A program made the translations under genes and the position numbers. From contig JBHGNT010000001.1 of the NCBI GenBank assembly GCA_043228905.1, positions 15,810,001 through 15,874,000 of the forward strand: DNA of 64,000 bases. The letters run 5' to 3'. Below the pieces are notes generated by a model, which had not been told where the DNA came from, searched no databases, and was given only the letters and a program-made list of their open reading frames with translations. Source of the DNA: Azolla caroliniana (lineage: Eukaryota > Plantae > Polypodiophyta). Shown in pieces: positions 1 to 12,646 of the stretch; position 1 is the first letter of the stretch, and each line of letters opens with the position of its first letter.

Positions 1-1533
1 TCTTATCCATATATGTGCTTCCTTTCCCGTCCATTTGAGCATTTCAGCCTTTATACATTGAAGATCGCTTGCCTTTCGAGAGGCCAATTTCTTAAGTCCT
101 ATGCATATATCTTCAATTGTAAAGAAGGAAGGCATATGTGAAAGAGAACCATAACACATCATCTTTCCGGCAAGAGATAACTCATATAAATTCTTACAAT
201 GCATAGACAAGTCGTGAAGAGTTAAGTCACCATAACTCTCAACACGTTTTCCCTTTAGATTTCCCCAAAATTTAGCACATGCATGTGCTTTCTCTTGCGT
301 TTGGATAAATTGTTGAGTAACTTCCCATATTCTTCTCTTTCTTTGAATAAGCCTTTTATACTCATGCAAATGCTTTTGGTAATTCTCTTTATCCTTAACT
401 ACATCCAAAACCATAAGGCACTTTCGAGCTTCACGACATTCTTTATCAAACCATTTTTTCCTAAGTTTCTTGGTGCATTTCCAAGATGTGCGGTTGGTCG
501 AAAAACATTTGTTTGTACATGAGAGAATGACTTTCTTGAAAGCTTCCCATTTGCATTCTAGTGTGGCACCATGTTGTATCTTTGTCATTTGTAACATATC
601 CTCAACCATCTTGGAATACATGGGTGCTCGCTTAAGGTTCATGCTCAAGTGCGGTTGTTTATTATCTTCAATAGCCTTCTCACAATCAAACCTATGCATA
701 CATTTGAGATCAATACATAAAGGCCTATGATCTGATTCCGGTGTCCATTCACCAAGTGAGAATTTATGTATACGATCCAAAATACCTTCGGAAAGTAGCA
801 CATAATCAATCACACTATTTCCGTTGTATTTTCTACATGTAAAACCATTAGTGTTGGGCCATAAGGAAATACCATTTGCAATAAGCAATCCGGTACTATT
901 GCACATTTGTAGGAGTAACTTCCCAAATTGGTCCGGATCTTTTTCATCGCTAGAAGAGCGGTTATACATTTGCATATCCTCTTGCATCCTTGAGATATGT
1001 GGCATGAAAGATTCTTGTGAATCAAGTTGGAAACTTCTTGTACGAGCATTCATGTCACCAAAGACAATAACTTCCCCTTTGGATTTGAAATAAGCAATAT
1101 CATCTTCTAGATTGGCAAACGGTTGATCTTTATCCAAACACGCATAAAAGTTAGAATCTTGATGAGGAATGTAACATCCAACAACAAAAGTGGGCAAATC
1201 ATTAGGTGTTTCTATTTTGAGCCATATGTAGCATTTATTTTCATCATTTTTTATGATTGACACATATTTCTCTATTTCCTTCTTAATCAAACATGCCACC
1301 CCTCCTTGTCCTCTTCTTTGTCTTGGATTTTTCTTCCATATCAAAGAGTGTACATTATAGTTTCCTAAACCTTGAATCCTTTGAGTATCATGCTCCCATG
1401 TTTCAACAAGAAGTGTGATATCCGAGTCATTGGTGAACTCCTCTATGCCAAATCCCGCATTCCATGGGTATCCATTGCAGTTCCAAAAGCATAGTCGTAA
1501 AAGGCGTGGGTTAGTCTCATAGATCACGTGTCC
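1..1533 (-). CDS. LINE ORF2 (AP endonuclease, linker and start of RT), partial
   Basis: Manual translation shows 511 codons without a stop; the ORF track misses it because it is open at the edge. Motifs: CFWNCNG, LLVETW, GGVA, GCYIP, GDMNART, SVIDY, SDHRP, WFDKECR, KASDLQCIKAEMLK. Confidence 0.92.
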
Positions 1534-1791
1534 CTATTTGCCTACATTTCCATCTTTAGGCACATCCTTAACCTTGTTTTTCAATCTTTCTTCATATGCT
1601 TTACGACGAGCATTTTGTTGTGAGATAGTACGATCTTCACTCACAAAGCATTGTGTACCTTTGAGGTATACCCAACTATTTTCGAGTATGATCCGCCGCT
1701 TTGTATCATCTGTCATTGTGCATACAATAGGCCTTTCTCCGGAGCGAGTAACACCATGTTTCCCAACTCGGTGTGCCCCATATACATTCAC
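1534..1791 (-). CDS. LINE ORF1 C-terminal part (RRM/CTD type)
   Basis: AHRVGK...RPIVCTM...LKGTQCFVSEDRT resembles ORF1 C-termini of non-LTR elements and lies directly upstream of the endonuclease. Confidence 0.75.
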   Translation of the reverse strand: MNVYGAHRVGKHGVTRSGERPIVCTMTDDTKRRIILENSWVYLKGTQCFVSEDRTISQQNARRKAYEERLKNKVKDVPKDGNVGK

Positions 1792-1795
1792 ATCT

Positions 1796-2353
1796 GTATG
1801 GGCTTATCGCACGACCTTTAAAACCAGTATCGGCTCAACGCCTTTTCAGCTAGCTTTCAGATTAGAAGCCACAATCCACATTGAATTCTAGGTACCCAAC
1901 TTACGTGTACAAATAGTCGAACGATTACCGGAATCAGAATCCGAACACCAGCATCTGGTCCAATTGCTCGAACTCGGAGAACAACAAATTACCAGTCTGG
2001 CTCAATTGGAGCATGGCCAGAGACGAAGGAAATCCTTCGTCGACAGACATTGTCGGATACCAGACAAAACTTTTGAAATCGGGCAGCCGGTCCTGGTTTT
2101 CCAAACAAAACTTAGGGCTATGGCCAGCAAGCTTCGATTCTGGTGGACAAGACCTTTTTGGATCATCGACACATACAATGACACCTTTCAACTCAGCACA
2201 TTAGCCGGTGAAGTGCTGCCACATTGGGTAAACGGGTTTCGCTTGAAACCGTACCGTGGAACGACACCACCTAACCCCTTTACCAACCAACGACACAATT
2301 TTGACCAAACAATGGTCGGTGGAATAGAAGATTATGAGGGCATCACCCCTTGA
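1796..2353 (+). pseudogene. Ty3/gypsy (Athila/Tat-like) integrase C-terminal fragment
   Basis: VWAYRTTFKTSIGSTPFQL, a GPY/F-like module (WTRPF) and VNGFRLKPY; in-frame stop at 1889-1891. Confidence 0.85.
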
Positions 2354-2844
2354 TTACAATAACAACCCTACCTACCAGCCACGTGTACAGTATTATTATG
2401 AAAAAATAATAGAAAAAAAATAGAGAGACCCACTCACTATTTAAAGATGAGGTACGAGGTTCAAGAAAAGCAAGTACAAAAGCTTCACACAACACGTGGT
2501 CCTTACCTCTCAGCATGACAGGCAAGATTCTGAATCTAGGGCACAAGGGCACATCTCGAGAACTGAGGAACCTACACAAAAACATCACCAACAACCAAAG
2601 CCACCACACTTGCAAGAACTCTCAAGCTTTCGCTCCTTCTACGCAGAACTACTACCATTCGCCTACTCTCTCTAACGAAGCTTTCTCTCGTTCTCCATCT
2701 TCACATCCTTCTCCCTATCTACCTGACTCTCCAGCCCTCACCATGCCGCTCGAAGTATTTAAAGAAATCTGCACCTGGATGTCCAGACACAACCTCCCAC
2801 TTCAGGCGCTGACTTCTACAAACATTTGGGACTTCTGTGAACTT

Positions 2845-3628
2845 GTCAACCGCGCACCATCCTCAAACTGAAAGAGTCAACCAAATCCTCGAACAATACC
2901 TTCGGTGTACAGTCAACTACCAACAAGATGATTGGGTGGACTTCCTTGCCTACAATAATAGTATCCATGCCTCAACTAAGGTTTCCCCATTCTCTACAAA
3001 CCACGGTTTCCACCCTCGTTTCAACATTTCCATTCCGGATACTTCCATCAATCCTTCGGCCGAGAGGCGTACCCACACCTTACAAGATGTCCATCATGAC
3101 CTCTCCCTCAAGCTCCGTGCCGCTGGCAAACAATATAAAGCTCACGTTGACCGACATCGCTTGGTCGCGCCGACCTTCGCAGTCGGTGACATGGTTTGGC
3201 TGCTACGTCACCACATCGCAACCACCCATCCATGCGCAAACCTCGACTACAGAAAACTAGGCCCCTTCCATCCTCCAACGTGATAACCTGGTTGCCTTTT
3301 GGTTAGCACTTCCCCCCACATTTCAGCTTCACAATGTTTTCCACGTCTCTCTCCTCGAACCCTACCATCCTTCTCGCATTCCGGGACGACAACCTCCGCC
3401 CTGCCGCCCGTGGAATTATCAATAGGTGAGGAGTACGAGGTTGACCGGATCCTTGGATCCCGCTTGCGTCGCCAAAGACTTCAATACTTGATCTTATGGA
3501 AAGGTTACCCTCTTTCGGACGCCACATGGGAACCAATTACACATTTACAAAATGCGTCGGAGGCAATTTGCGCTTTTCATCAACGATACCCTCATAAACC
3601 GGTTGTGGGTGTTAGGAGGCGACCTTAG
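2845..3628 (+). pseudogene. Chromovirus integrase and chromodomain fragment
   Basis: STAHHPQTERVNQILEQYLR, LGPF, and chromodomain EEYEVDRIL...YLILWKGYPLSDATWEP; frameshifted. Confidence 0.9.
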
Positions 3629-3639
3629 AGTGAGGATAA

Positions 3640-4046
3640 TGTTATAGACATATGCCACGAAGGAAGATAGATTGAACCCAAGACCCTTTTCATGGTCTCT
3701 ATTGGGCAACCCTACCAATTGAGCTACCTATGTGTCCTTGTACCAAATCCAACTTCATGTAGTGTAGATTGAACATTCGAAGTTTCTAGCTTGCACACAG
3801 TCTCATGCATTCTCTATTGCATGCATCCTCATGCATTCTCCATTGCATGCATCCTCATGTATACTCTATTTCTAACTGGCTTACATAGATAGCCCTACCT
3901 TCTTGTATAAATACTCAGGTGCACCTTGATTCTAATGAAGGTGAACAACACCAGTTACAGATTCTATAATTTGAATTCTTGTTCTTTTTCTCTCTCTTGT
4001 GTTCTAGTCTTCTCTTCTCTTTGCTCTATTATACTTGTCCGTGACA
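3640..4046 (+). repeat. 3' LTR of the chromovirus fragment
   Basis: Follows a purine tract; TGTTA...TGACA ends; TATA (TATAAATA) at about 3906. Confidence 0.75.
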
Positions 4047-7000
4047 ATATCCGGATGTAGACCGTGTTACAAAGGGCACTACGGCTCTTTTGTGTGCACA
4101 GCGGATCGTGATGTGCTAGATCGTTTAGTGCTTAAGACAGAAAGGGGAAGGGGAAGGAGACTTACCTCTGTAGCAAAACAAAAGCTACTATTCCATTACA
4201 TGTAGAGCTCAACTTGCTCTCATCAGTTTTCTGTTTTTTGTTCTTACAACTCTCTGCACTACTCTCACTCTTCTACTTTTCTACTTGCTTTTTACCTAAG
4301 TTATAAGTGACTTATATATGTAGCTAATTAGCTATCAGTACCTAATTAGCTGTTTGTAGCTAAATAACTGTCAGTAGCTAAATAGTTGTGCATAGCTAAA
4401 TAGTTGTTTCACCTTTATGTCCACTAGTAGCTAATTAGCTAATAGCTACTATAGCTTATTTCTCAATAAGCATCACATACATTTGTTGAGCTTGCTTCTC
4501 AACACTCCCCCTCAAGCTCAACTTATCCTTTCTTTGGATCATGTTCAATATTCTTTTCTTCATGCTTTTCAGCTACCATGCCGATGGTTATAACTCCCAT
4601 CATGTCTCTAAACTGTGTATGTTTTTCCATGCTCAATCTCTTCGTAAGAATATCAGCCACTTGCTGATTTGTACTTACATATAGCAGATCCACTTCTCCA
4701 TCAATCACTTTTTCTCTAACAAAGTGATAATGCACTTCAATGTGCTTTGTTCTTGCATGGAACACTGGGTTTTTTGCCAGCTGAATGTTGATCATATTGT
4801 CACACCAAACTGTGACTGCACCATCTATATACTCTCCCAAATCAGAAAGCAATCTTCTGATCCATACCTTTTCAAAGGTAGCTATTGCAGCTCCTTTATA
4901 TTCAGCTTCAGTACTTGATAGTGCAATAGTAGCTTGTTTCTTGCTACTCCATGAAATAGCTGCACTTCCCAATGTAAACATATATCCACTTGTGGATCTT
5001 CTATCAGTTTGGCTTCCAACCCAATCAACATTTGTATATCCTTCCAGATCAACCCTGTAAAACAGTTCATAGTTCTGAGTAGCTTTGACATACCTCAAGA
5101 TTCTTCTAATGCAGTCCAAATGTGGCTTTGTTGGTTGTTGCATAAACTGGGTGACTAATCCAACACCATAACTCAAATCAGGTCTTGTTATAGTCAAATA
5201 TATGAGGCTGCCCACCATAGACCTCTACATTTTACATCTTCTATTTTGGCTCCCAAATCAACCCTCAATTTTCAATTCTTATCTAGTGGTATACCAATAG
5301 GTTTGCATCCAAGCATACCATACTTCTTCAACATAGTTGTTGCATACTGTTTTTGCAACATATATATACCACTTTCAGATCTGATCATCTCAATGCCAAG
5401 AAAGTATCTCAGCTCTCCCAAATCTTTCATATGAAATTGCATTTCCAGATTTTTTTTCAGCTTTCTTATTTCATCCATGGAATTACCTCCAATGATTAAG
5501 TCATCAACATATATCAAGATAACAACAATGCAATCATTTATCTTCTTTACATACAATCATGGATCATCCTTTGACATTTTGAAAGCAAATTTTTTTAGAG
5601 ATTCTGAAAGTTCTTTATGCCATGCCCTTGGTGCTTGTTTCAATCCATAGAGAGCCTTTTTCAGCCTTCATACATATTCTGGATGCTTCTTATCTTCAAA
5701 ACCTGGTGGTTGACACTGTACACTTCTTCTTCCAAGTTACCATGTAAAAAAACATTTTTTACATCCATATGGTGCAGAACCCATCTTTTGGCTGCACTCA
5801 CAACAAGTAGTGTTCTCAATGTTGCCATCTTTGCAACCGGTGCAAATGTTTCATCATAATCAATACCTTCAATTTGGGCATATCCCTTTGCCACAAGTCT
5901 TGCTTTATGTCTGCTAACATTTCCATTGGAATCGTGCTTTTTCTTGTAGACCCATTTGCAACCTACAACATTTTTTTCTTTCGGTAACTTCACCAAAATC
6001 CCATGTTCTGTTTTTAGCCAATGCATCTATTTCTTCTTGCATTGCATTCACCCATTTCTTTTCAGATTTTGCTTCTTCAAAACTATTTGGATCAGGGATT
6101 TGCATAGCCATATATGTGTCATAACCAAATCTTTCAACAATCTTTTTCTCTCTATCTGATCTTCTTAGTTTTTTATTAGCATTTTTCATTACTTTTTCCA
6201 TACTAGGGATTTTCAAGGCTCGTATACCAAGCTCATCATCCAATGATGTATCTGAATTTACATCTTCCATGTTTCTAGATCCATCATCAAGCATTTCATA
6301 TTCTGGCATTTTCTATTTTCCCTTTTTATCATCATATTTTTTGTGTCTTCCATTTTTTCCACTCCATGCATTAGATTCAGATTTACTACCATGCATTAGA
6401 TTCAGATTTACTTTGTTGTCCAACATTGTTTCCATCTCTGTGGTTATCTCTTACATTTTCAGATTTATCCCTGTCTTCATTTCCATTGTCTTCGTCAGTT
6501 TCTACATTTTGTTTTGGGTTGTACCAGCTGCCCAACTTATCAAATATTACATCTCGGCTTACCACAATCTTTTTTGTCAAAGGGTTATAGCATCTATGCC
6601 CTTTTGCCTCCTCTGAATATCCAACAAAAATACATTTTTCAGCTTTTGATCAAGCTTACTTCTCACTTCAGCAGGTACATGAACATAGGCAAGGCATCCA
6701 AACACTTTTAAGTGTCCTAAGATAGGTTTCCTTCCATAGAAACATTCTTTAGGAGTTACTTCATGTACTCCAGATGTTATACATCTATTTAGAATGTAGT
6801 TTGCTGTGTTTACAGCTTCTGCCCAATAATACAATGGCATATTTTTTCCAGTCATCATGGCTCTTGCAATGTTCACCAGAGTTCTGTTTTTTCTCTCAGC
6901 CACTCCATTTTGTTGTGGAGTATATCTACATGTAAATTGTCTTCTTATTCCTTGATTGCATAGAAAATCAGAAAATTCATTTGAGAAGTACTCTCCTCCT

Positions 7001-8820
7001 CCATCAAATCTTAGGCATTTTATTCTAGTTCCAGTCTGCTTTTCTACCATGCATTTAAACTTACGGAAGCAATCAAATACTCCACTTTTCTCTTTCATGA
7101 AATAAACCCATGTTTTCCTTGAGCAATCATGAATAAATGTTACATAAAACTTACATGCACTATTTGATGCATTTTTTGTTGGTCCCCATACATCTCTATA
7201 TGTATCATATCCAACAAATTTTTGCTTACATGTCTTTCATGAGGGAATGGTAACCTGTTTTGCTTTCCATATTGACATTCTTCACATATTTTGCTCATTT
7301 CACAGTTTTTTAGCTTAGCTTGTCTAGCCACTGCATTTTTCCTCAACATAGTTTTCAATGTTTGCATACTTATGTGACTGATTCTTTTATGCCACATTTC
7401 CAAATCTGAGATTACATTCATTTCTCCTGCAAACATGGTTGTAATCTTCCTAGGCATATCCACATCCAAAACAAACATTCTTCCTTGTCATTTCCCTTTT
7501 GCAATAAGCTTTCCATTTTTCTCTATGAAGCATCCACTTTGCTTAAATTTCACTTGCATTCCTTGCTCCGCTATCTGTCGAACAGAAATCAGATTTTTTG
7601 CAAGGTTTGGCACATGCATAACATTCAACATATATTTTGTTTTTCCTTTTTCTTCCCACAATGGGATATCTCCAACATGCTCTATTTGGTGAGTAGTATT
7701 ATTACCTGTCTGTACATAACCAGGAATCTCTGGTTCTCTTAGTCTTTCAAACCAGTTTGCATGTCCTGTCATATGATTAGATGCCCCAGAATCTACATAC
7801 CACATAAACTCTTCATTGCATCTCTGTGAACATTCAACCATTGTTGTTGTTTCATGTTGCACCACAAATGCACCATCTTTATCACAGTCTTCACTAGTTG
7901 AGGCATAATTATTTTGTTGTCTCTTCCCTCTTTTTTCATCATTTTTCTTTTTATTGCATTCCGCATGTGTATGGCCTAGTTTTCCACAATACCAACAACC
8001 ATCATCATTCAAATAAGTTTTCTTACCTCTTCCTCGATTGCTCCCCCTACCTCTGATGTTGTTTCGTCCACTTACAACCTGTTGTCCTCTTCCTTGATAA
8101 TTGTTGTTGGTTCTAACTGAACCAAATCTTCCATGGCCTCTTCCTCGGCCTCTTCCAGCACTATTGTAGAGGGCTTGCCCCTCAGTCTTAGAGTTTCCTT
8201 TGTTTACATCATCCATCTGATTTCTTTCTTCCATTACAAGCATTGAAACAAGATCTGGAAAACTTCGGATGCTATCCCTTGTGAGAATAGATGTTTTGAA
8301 GCTTTTATATTGAGGTCCTCAGCCTCTTAAGCATATTTCCACCTTATCATCATCTTCTACCTTCACATTGATAGAAGAAAGTGATTTACATATGGTCTTT
8401 ATTTTCAAAGCATACTCATTTACTGACATCTTACCTTTTTCCAAGGTATTTAGCTCAGTTTTCAACTGAAGCTTTCTAGCCTTTGTGTTCACTGCAAACA
8501 GTTTTATTAAACTGTCCCAAGCTTCTTTTGGAAGCATAGCATCTTGTATGCGCCCAAGCATCGAATCTGAGATGCTAAGTGAAAGCTAATGCAACACCTT
8601 CCTTGCCCCTTGATTCCATTCCTTAAATGCTTTAATCTGTGCAACAGTTGCATTTTCTTCCGGGATCTCTGGAACCTCTTTTAGGTCTCCTTCAATGTAA
8701 TCCCAGTATCCTTTTCCCATCAAGAAATTTGTCATTCTGAATTTCCACGTCGGGAAATTGTTTTTATCCAGCTTTTCTGTGACTATTTGGCTTACATTTT
8801 CTGTAATCATTTTCTCTTTC
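4047..8820 (-). mobile_element. Degenerate Ty1/copia element (family 2): gag-PR-INT-RT-RH plus 3' LTR
   Basis: Gag CWYCGKLGH, PR WYVDSGASNHM, INT DGGGEY/PQQNGVAER, RT IYVDDL, RH CDN/ADI. PPT TGAGGGGGAG at 4505-4514; LTR begins at 4504 and its left end is uncertain. 5' LTR and PBS are missing. Confidence 0.92.
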
Positions 8821-9914
8821 AAATTATCGGTTGGTTTAGTTTCTTGTCCGAATCCGGTCGGTTCATCGAGTGTCATCCGGTTACCAGCTAATTTTCGGTT
8901 TTCAACTGAGTAAGTCCTTGTGTCCTCAAACCGGTTTTCATTGGTTGATCCGGAGTCCATCATCTTCTTCTCCGACTCCCACTCGACAATGGTCTTGTCT
9001 TCCATGAAGACTATGTCCCAACTCCGGAACACCTTCTTGTTGACCAGATCCCACACTCGGTAACCGAACTCATCATCATCGTATCCAAGAAATATGCATG
9101 GTCGGGACTTGGGGTCCAACTTTGCTCTCTTGTCCTTTGCGACATGCACATATGCAAGACACCCGAACACCTTCAGATGCCGGTAAGACACGTCTTTACC
9201 GGTCCATACTCTTTGTGGTGTGTCTCCTTCCACGGGTGGTAAGGGTGATCTATTAATCACGTACATCGCCGTCATCAGCGCCTCAGCCCAAAACATCTTG
9301 GATAACTTTGCATGTGCTAGCACACTTCAGACTCTCTCCATTATGGTAGGGTTCATCCGTTCATCCAGACCATTCAATTCCGGCGTCTTCGGCACAGTGA
9401 ATTCGAGCCGGATTCCCTTCGACCGGCAGTACTCCTCAAGCTGCCCCTGGTATTCGCCTCCGTTATCTACTCGAACCGCCTTTAGCTTCCGGTCGGTTTC
9501 CCTTTCCACTCTCGCATGGAGCTCCTTGAAAATGGACAACAGCTGATCCATCGTCTTCAATGGTGAGATCCATAGCTTCCGGCTGTGGTCGTCTATGAAC
9601 ATCACAAAGTACTGCGATCCAACATGTGACTTCATGTCCACTTGACACACATCGGTATGCACCAGCTCTAGTGATGCATTCCGTCTCATCATAGGTCTTG
9701 ACCGGAAGGAGGTTCGGTTTTTCTTGCCGTCCAAGAAATCGGTGCACTTCTCAAGATGCACGCCTTTAACCTCCGAAATGAGGTTATCTTCGACAAGTCT
9801 TCTCATCCCCTTCTGGCTCATATGACACGGTCTCTTGTGCCACAACTCACCGGCAGTGTCGAATGCTATGCTCACTTATTCCCGGCATATCCGAGCATGC
9901 ATTAGATACAACGT

Positions 9915-10582
9915 TGTCGTGGTGTACTTTGTACACTACGTAAAATATGTGTGGGCTACCCAATTGACTAAGTATAAAGAAATAGGAGAAAATACTACAA
10001 TAATTATGTTACATGCATAGGGCAGGATTTGAACCCTATACCTCCATGTTAACGATTTTAAGCCTTACCATTATACTAGCATAGTATGAGTTTTCAAAGT
10101 TATACTATACTTTATCCCATGTAAATATTCTAGATAAGAATGATAGAAAAAGTTATTCATACATACACACTCGAGTTAAATGAAAAGATGTGATAGAAAT
10201 CTAATCATGCACATGTGGTGTGCATGAAAACTAAAGTTAGAAAAGGCATGATGCTTGCATGTGGTAAACTTAGACTCTTCCATCACTATATAAGGAAGAG
10301 AGAAAGGTGTATATGGGGGTTGAATATTTTTTTAGAAAAGGGGATTAACAAACTATACTTGTGCGATTCACAAGTTTTTTATCTCTTTCTTTTCATCTAA
10401 ATTCATATTCTTATCTAAGTGTTGATTAATACACTATACCCGTGGGATTCACGAGGTTTTTATATCTTTTACTTACAACCTATTCACATTCTTATTTGCC
10501 TTGAATTATCCAAACTCCTAGTCCAAAACCCCAGCGGTTCCCACCCGACTCACGCAACGATCCGGCACCGAAAGGCACAATA
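9915..10582 (+). repeat. Solo LTR related to gypsy element B
   Basis: Similar to LTR 36931-37825 apart from the CCGG array; flanked by ACGT (9911-9914) and GCGT (10583-10586); interrupts copia pol. Confidence 0.88.
10020..10080 (-). promoter_or_regulatory. tRNA-like Pol III A/B-box cassette inside an LTR (representative copy)
   Basis: TAGTATAATGG ... GGTTCAAATCC with starts 43 nt apart; similar cassettes at 3668-3726, 24954-25008, 37279-37332, 49607-49660 and 51115-51168. Confidence 0.7.
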
Positions 10583-12039
10583 GCGTGTTGATCTTCCGGG
10601 CTCATGCCACAATTAGGCTTCCCTTGCTGAACTTCATGACTCCGTTCCAAATGCTACCCGTGTAGCCTTCAACCGAACCTTCGGAACATGTCAAAGATCA
10701 TTTAGCAACAACTTGCATCTGGTTAATGTCGTCAACAACACATCTCCTATGCCGATGATTCGGTAGGTCCCTTCATTCCCCATCTGGACACAACCGTGAT
10801 CTCCGGTTGTGTAGGATGAGAAGCATCTCCGGTCCGGTGTCAAGTGGAACGACGCTCCGGAATCAACAACCCACATTGTCTCATCGCCGAAAAGGTTTAA
10901 TTCATTTTCCTCGATGATGAGCAATAGTTCTTCTTCACTTGTCGTGATTGTTGACGTTCCCTTCTGATCCGAGCCTTTCCGGTTCGAACTCTTCCTCAAA
11001 TCGGCACTGTTGGTTCCTTTCTCTTTCCGGAAATGTCGACAGTTCTTTTGGAAGTGCCCTGGTTTCCCAAAATAAAAGCAAGTAGGCCTCCCCCTTGACT
11101 TCGACCTTGTCCCCAACATTTCCCAGTTCTGGGGATTCTGGTTCCAGTTTCTCCCTCGTTGTGTTTTGGATTCAGATAAGGTCTTTTGAGTCAGAGATCA
11201 CTTCCTTGTCTTTCCGATGCACCTCTTCATCTAGCAAGCTCGACTTCACTCTTGCTAGGTGTGAAGTCGATTTTTGCTCGTAAGAAAAGACCGTGACAAA
11301 TACATTCGATGTGAAGGTATAAAAGAATAGAGCATAATATGAAAAGATTCAAGAGTTAAAAGATGAATGAAATTGAATATATATAAAGTTAGAGGCGTTT
11401 TTCAAAGGTAGAAAAAGTAGAAAAAAAGAAAAAGAAGAAAACGCAGGGAAAAAGCAAGGTAGAGAAAAAAGCTCATAACTTCTTCATCTCTTATCGGGTG
11501 GAAGCATGCTACGGTGTACCAGAAAAGTACTGTTTTTGGCCACAAAAATTGTCAGTACTTTCGATACTGTTAGTACTGAATAATTCAGGAAAAAAAATCA
11601 GAGAAAAAAAAAATCAATTTTGGAAGTGGGGTGACTGTAGTACAAGTGTCATTTACTACAAGGAGTGGGGGGAACACGTGAGGAGATGTTCTTTCCATTT
11701 TGGGGGTTGTTTTCCCCTCACGTCGTTTTTGGCGGTTCCCTTCATAATCCTCTTCCTCTATCCCTCTGAGCTCTTCATCTCAAACATCCATGTCACGTTT
11801 ATGCTTTTCCTCCAATCTAAGAGTTTTGTTAGGGTTTAGGGAGCAAATCTCAGACATCCATGTCAGGTTGGAGCTTTTGAGTTGAGGATTTTTGGTTTTT
11901 TTAGGGTTTCTGTTTTTGTTAGGGTTTAGGTTGAGGAACAGAGACTATTCTGAGGCCTCTTATAACAGCCAATATTGACTTCTTCGACAACGACTTTCTT
12001 ACTTCCACCGATTGTAGTTTATGTCGTGGTGATTTGGGG

Positions 12040-12530
12040 CTTTTTCCATCGAGGCGAGGATCCTTCCACCGAATCCAAGCGGCATATCACAAAGATTCAA
12101 GGCGCCCTCCACCATTGGAGGTTCCTTCCACTAAATCAAGGCGGCATATCACAAAGATTCAAGGTGCCCTCCACCATTGGAGGTTGTTTCCAGCAAATCG
12201 AGGCGGCATATCACACAGAATCAATGCTCCTGCCACCATTGGAGATTCCTTCCATCCAATTTTTTATTTTCAGGACTAAATTTTTTCATTTCTTCATTTT
12301 TCAGTACTAAATTTTTAGATTTTACAATTGTCAAATTTGTACATCGTGCTTCCCCCATTGGAGGTTCCTTCCAGCAAATCGAGGCGGCATATCACACTGA
12401 ATCAACGCTCCTGCCACCATTGGAGGTTCCTTCCATCCATTTTTTTATTTTCAAGACTAAAATTTTTCATTTCTTCATTTTTCAGTACTAAATTTTTAGA
12501 TTTTACAATTGTCATATTTGATCTGTAATT
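12040..12530. repeat. Subterminal tandem repeats (about 60-bp units within an about 180-bp duplication)
   Basis: Recurrent CCACCATTGGAGGTTCCTTCCA...GCGGCATATCACA; block 12170-12330 repeats at 12350-12512. Confidence 0.85.
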
Positions 12531-12646
12531 CTAATGTTCGAAACGAATTATTTCTCACTTTGCAGGCCACATTTAAAAACATTTGACTATGTTTTCTTAG
12601 TGTAGTCTATATAACATTAACTACTCTTGCCGGACCCTTAATTTTT

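Larger units (their letters stand above)
1..1795 (-). mobile_element. LINE (non-LTR retrotransposon), 5'-truncated within ORF1, running off the left edge; RTE-X/CR1-like architecture
   Basis: Minus strand encodes an ORF1 C-terminus followed by an APE endonuclease and the start of RT. It abuts a gypsy integrase fragment at about 1796. Confidence 0.9.

Noticed and set aside
3660-3730. Functional tRNA genes at the A/B-box cassettes
   Set aside because: No consistent acceptor or anticodon stems could be formed; reported only as tRNA-like promoter boxes.
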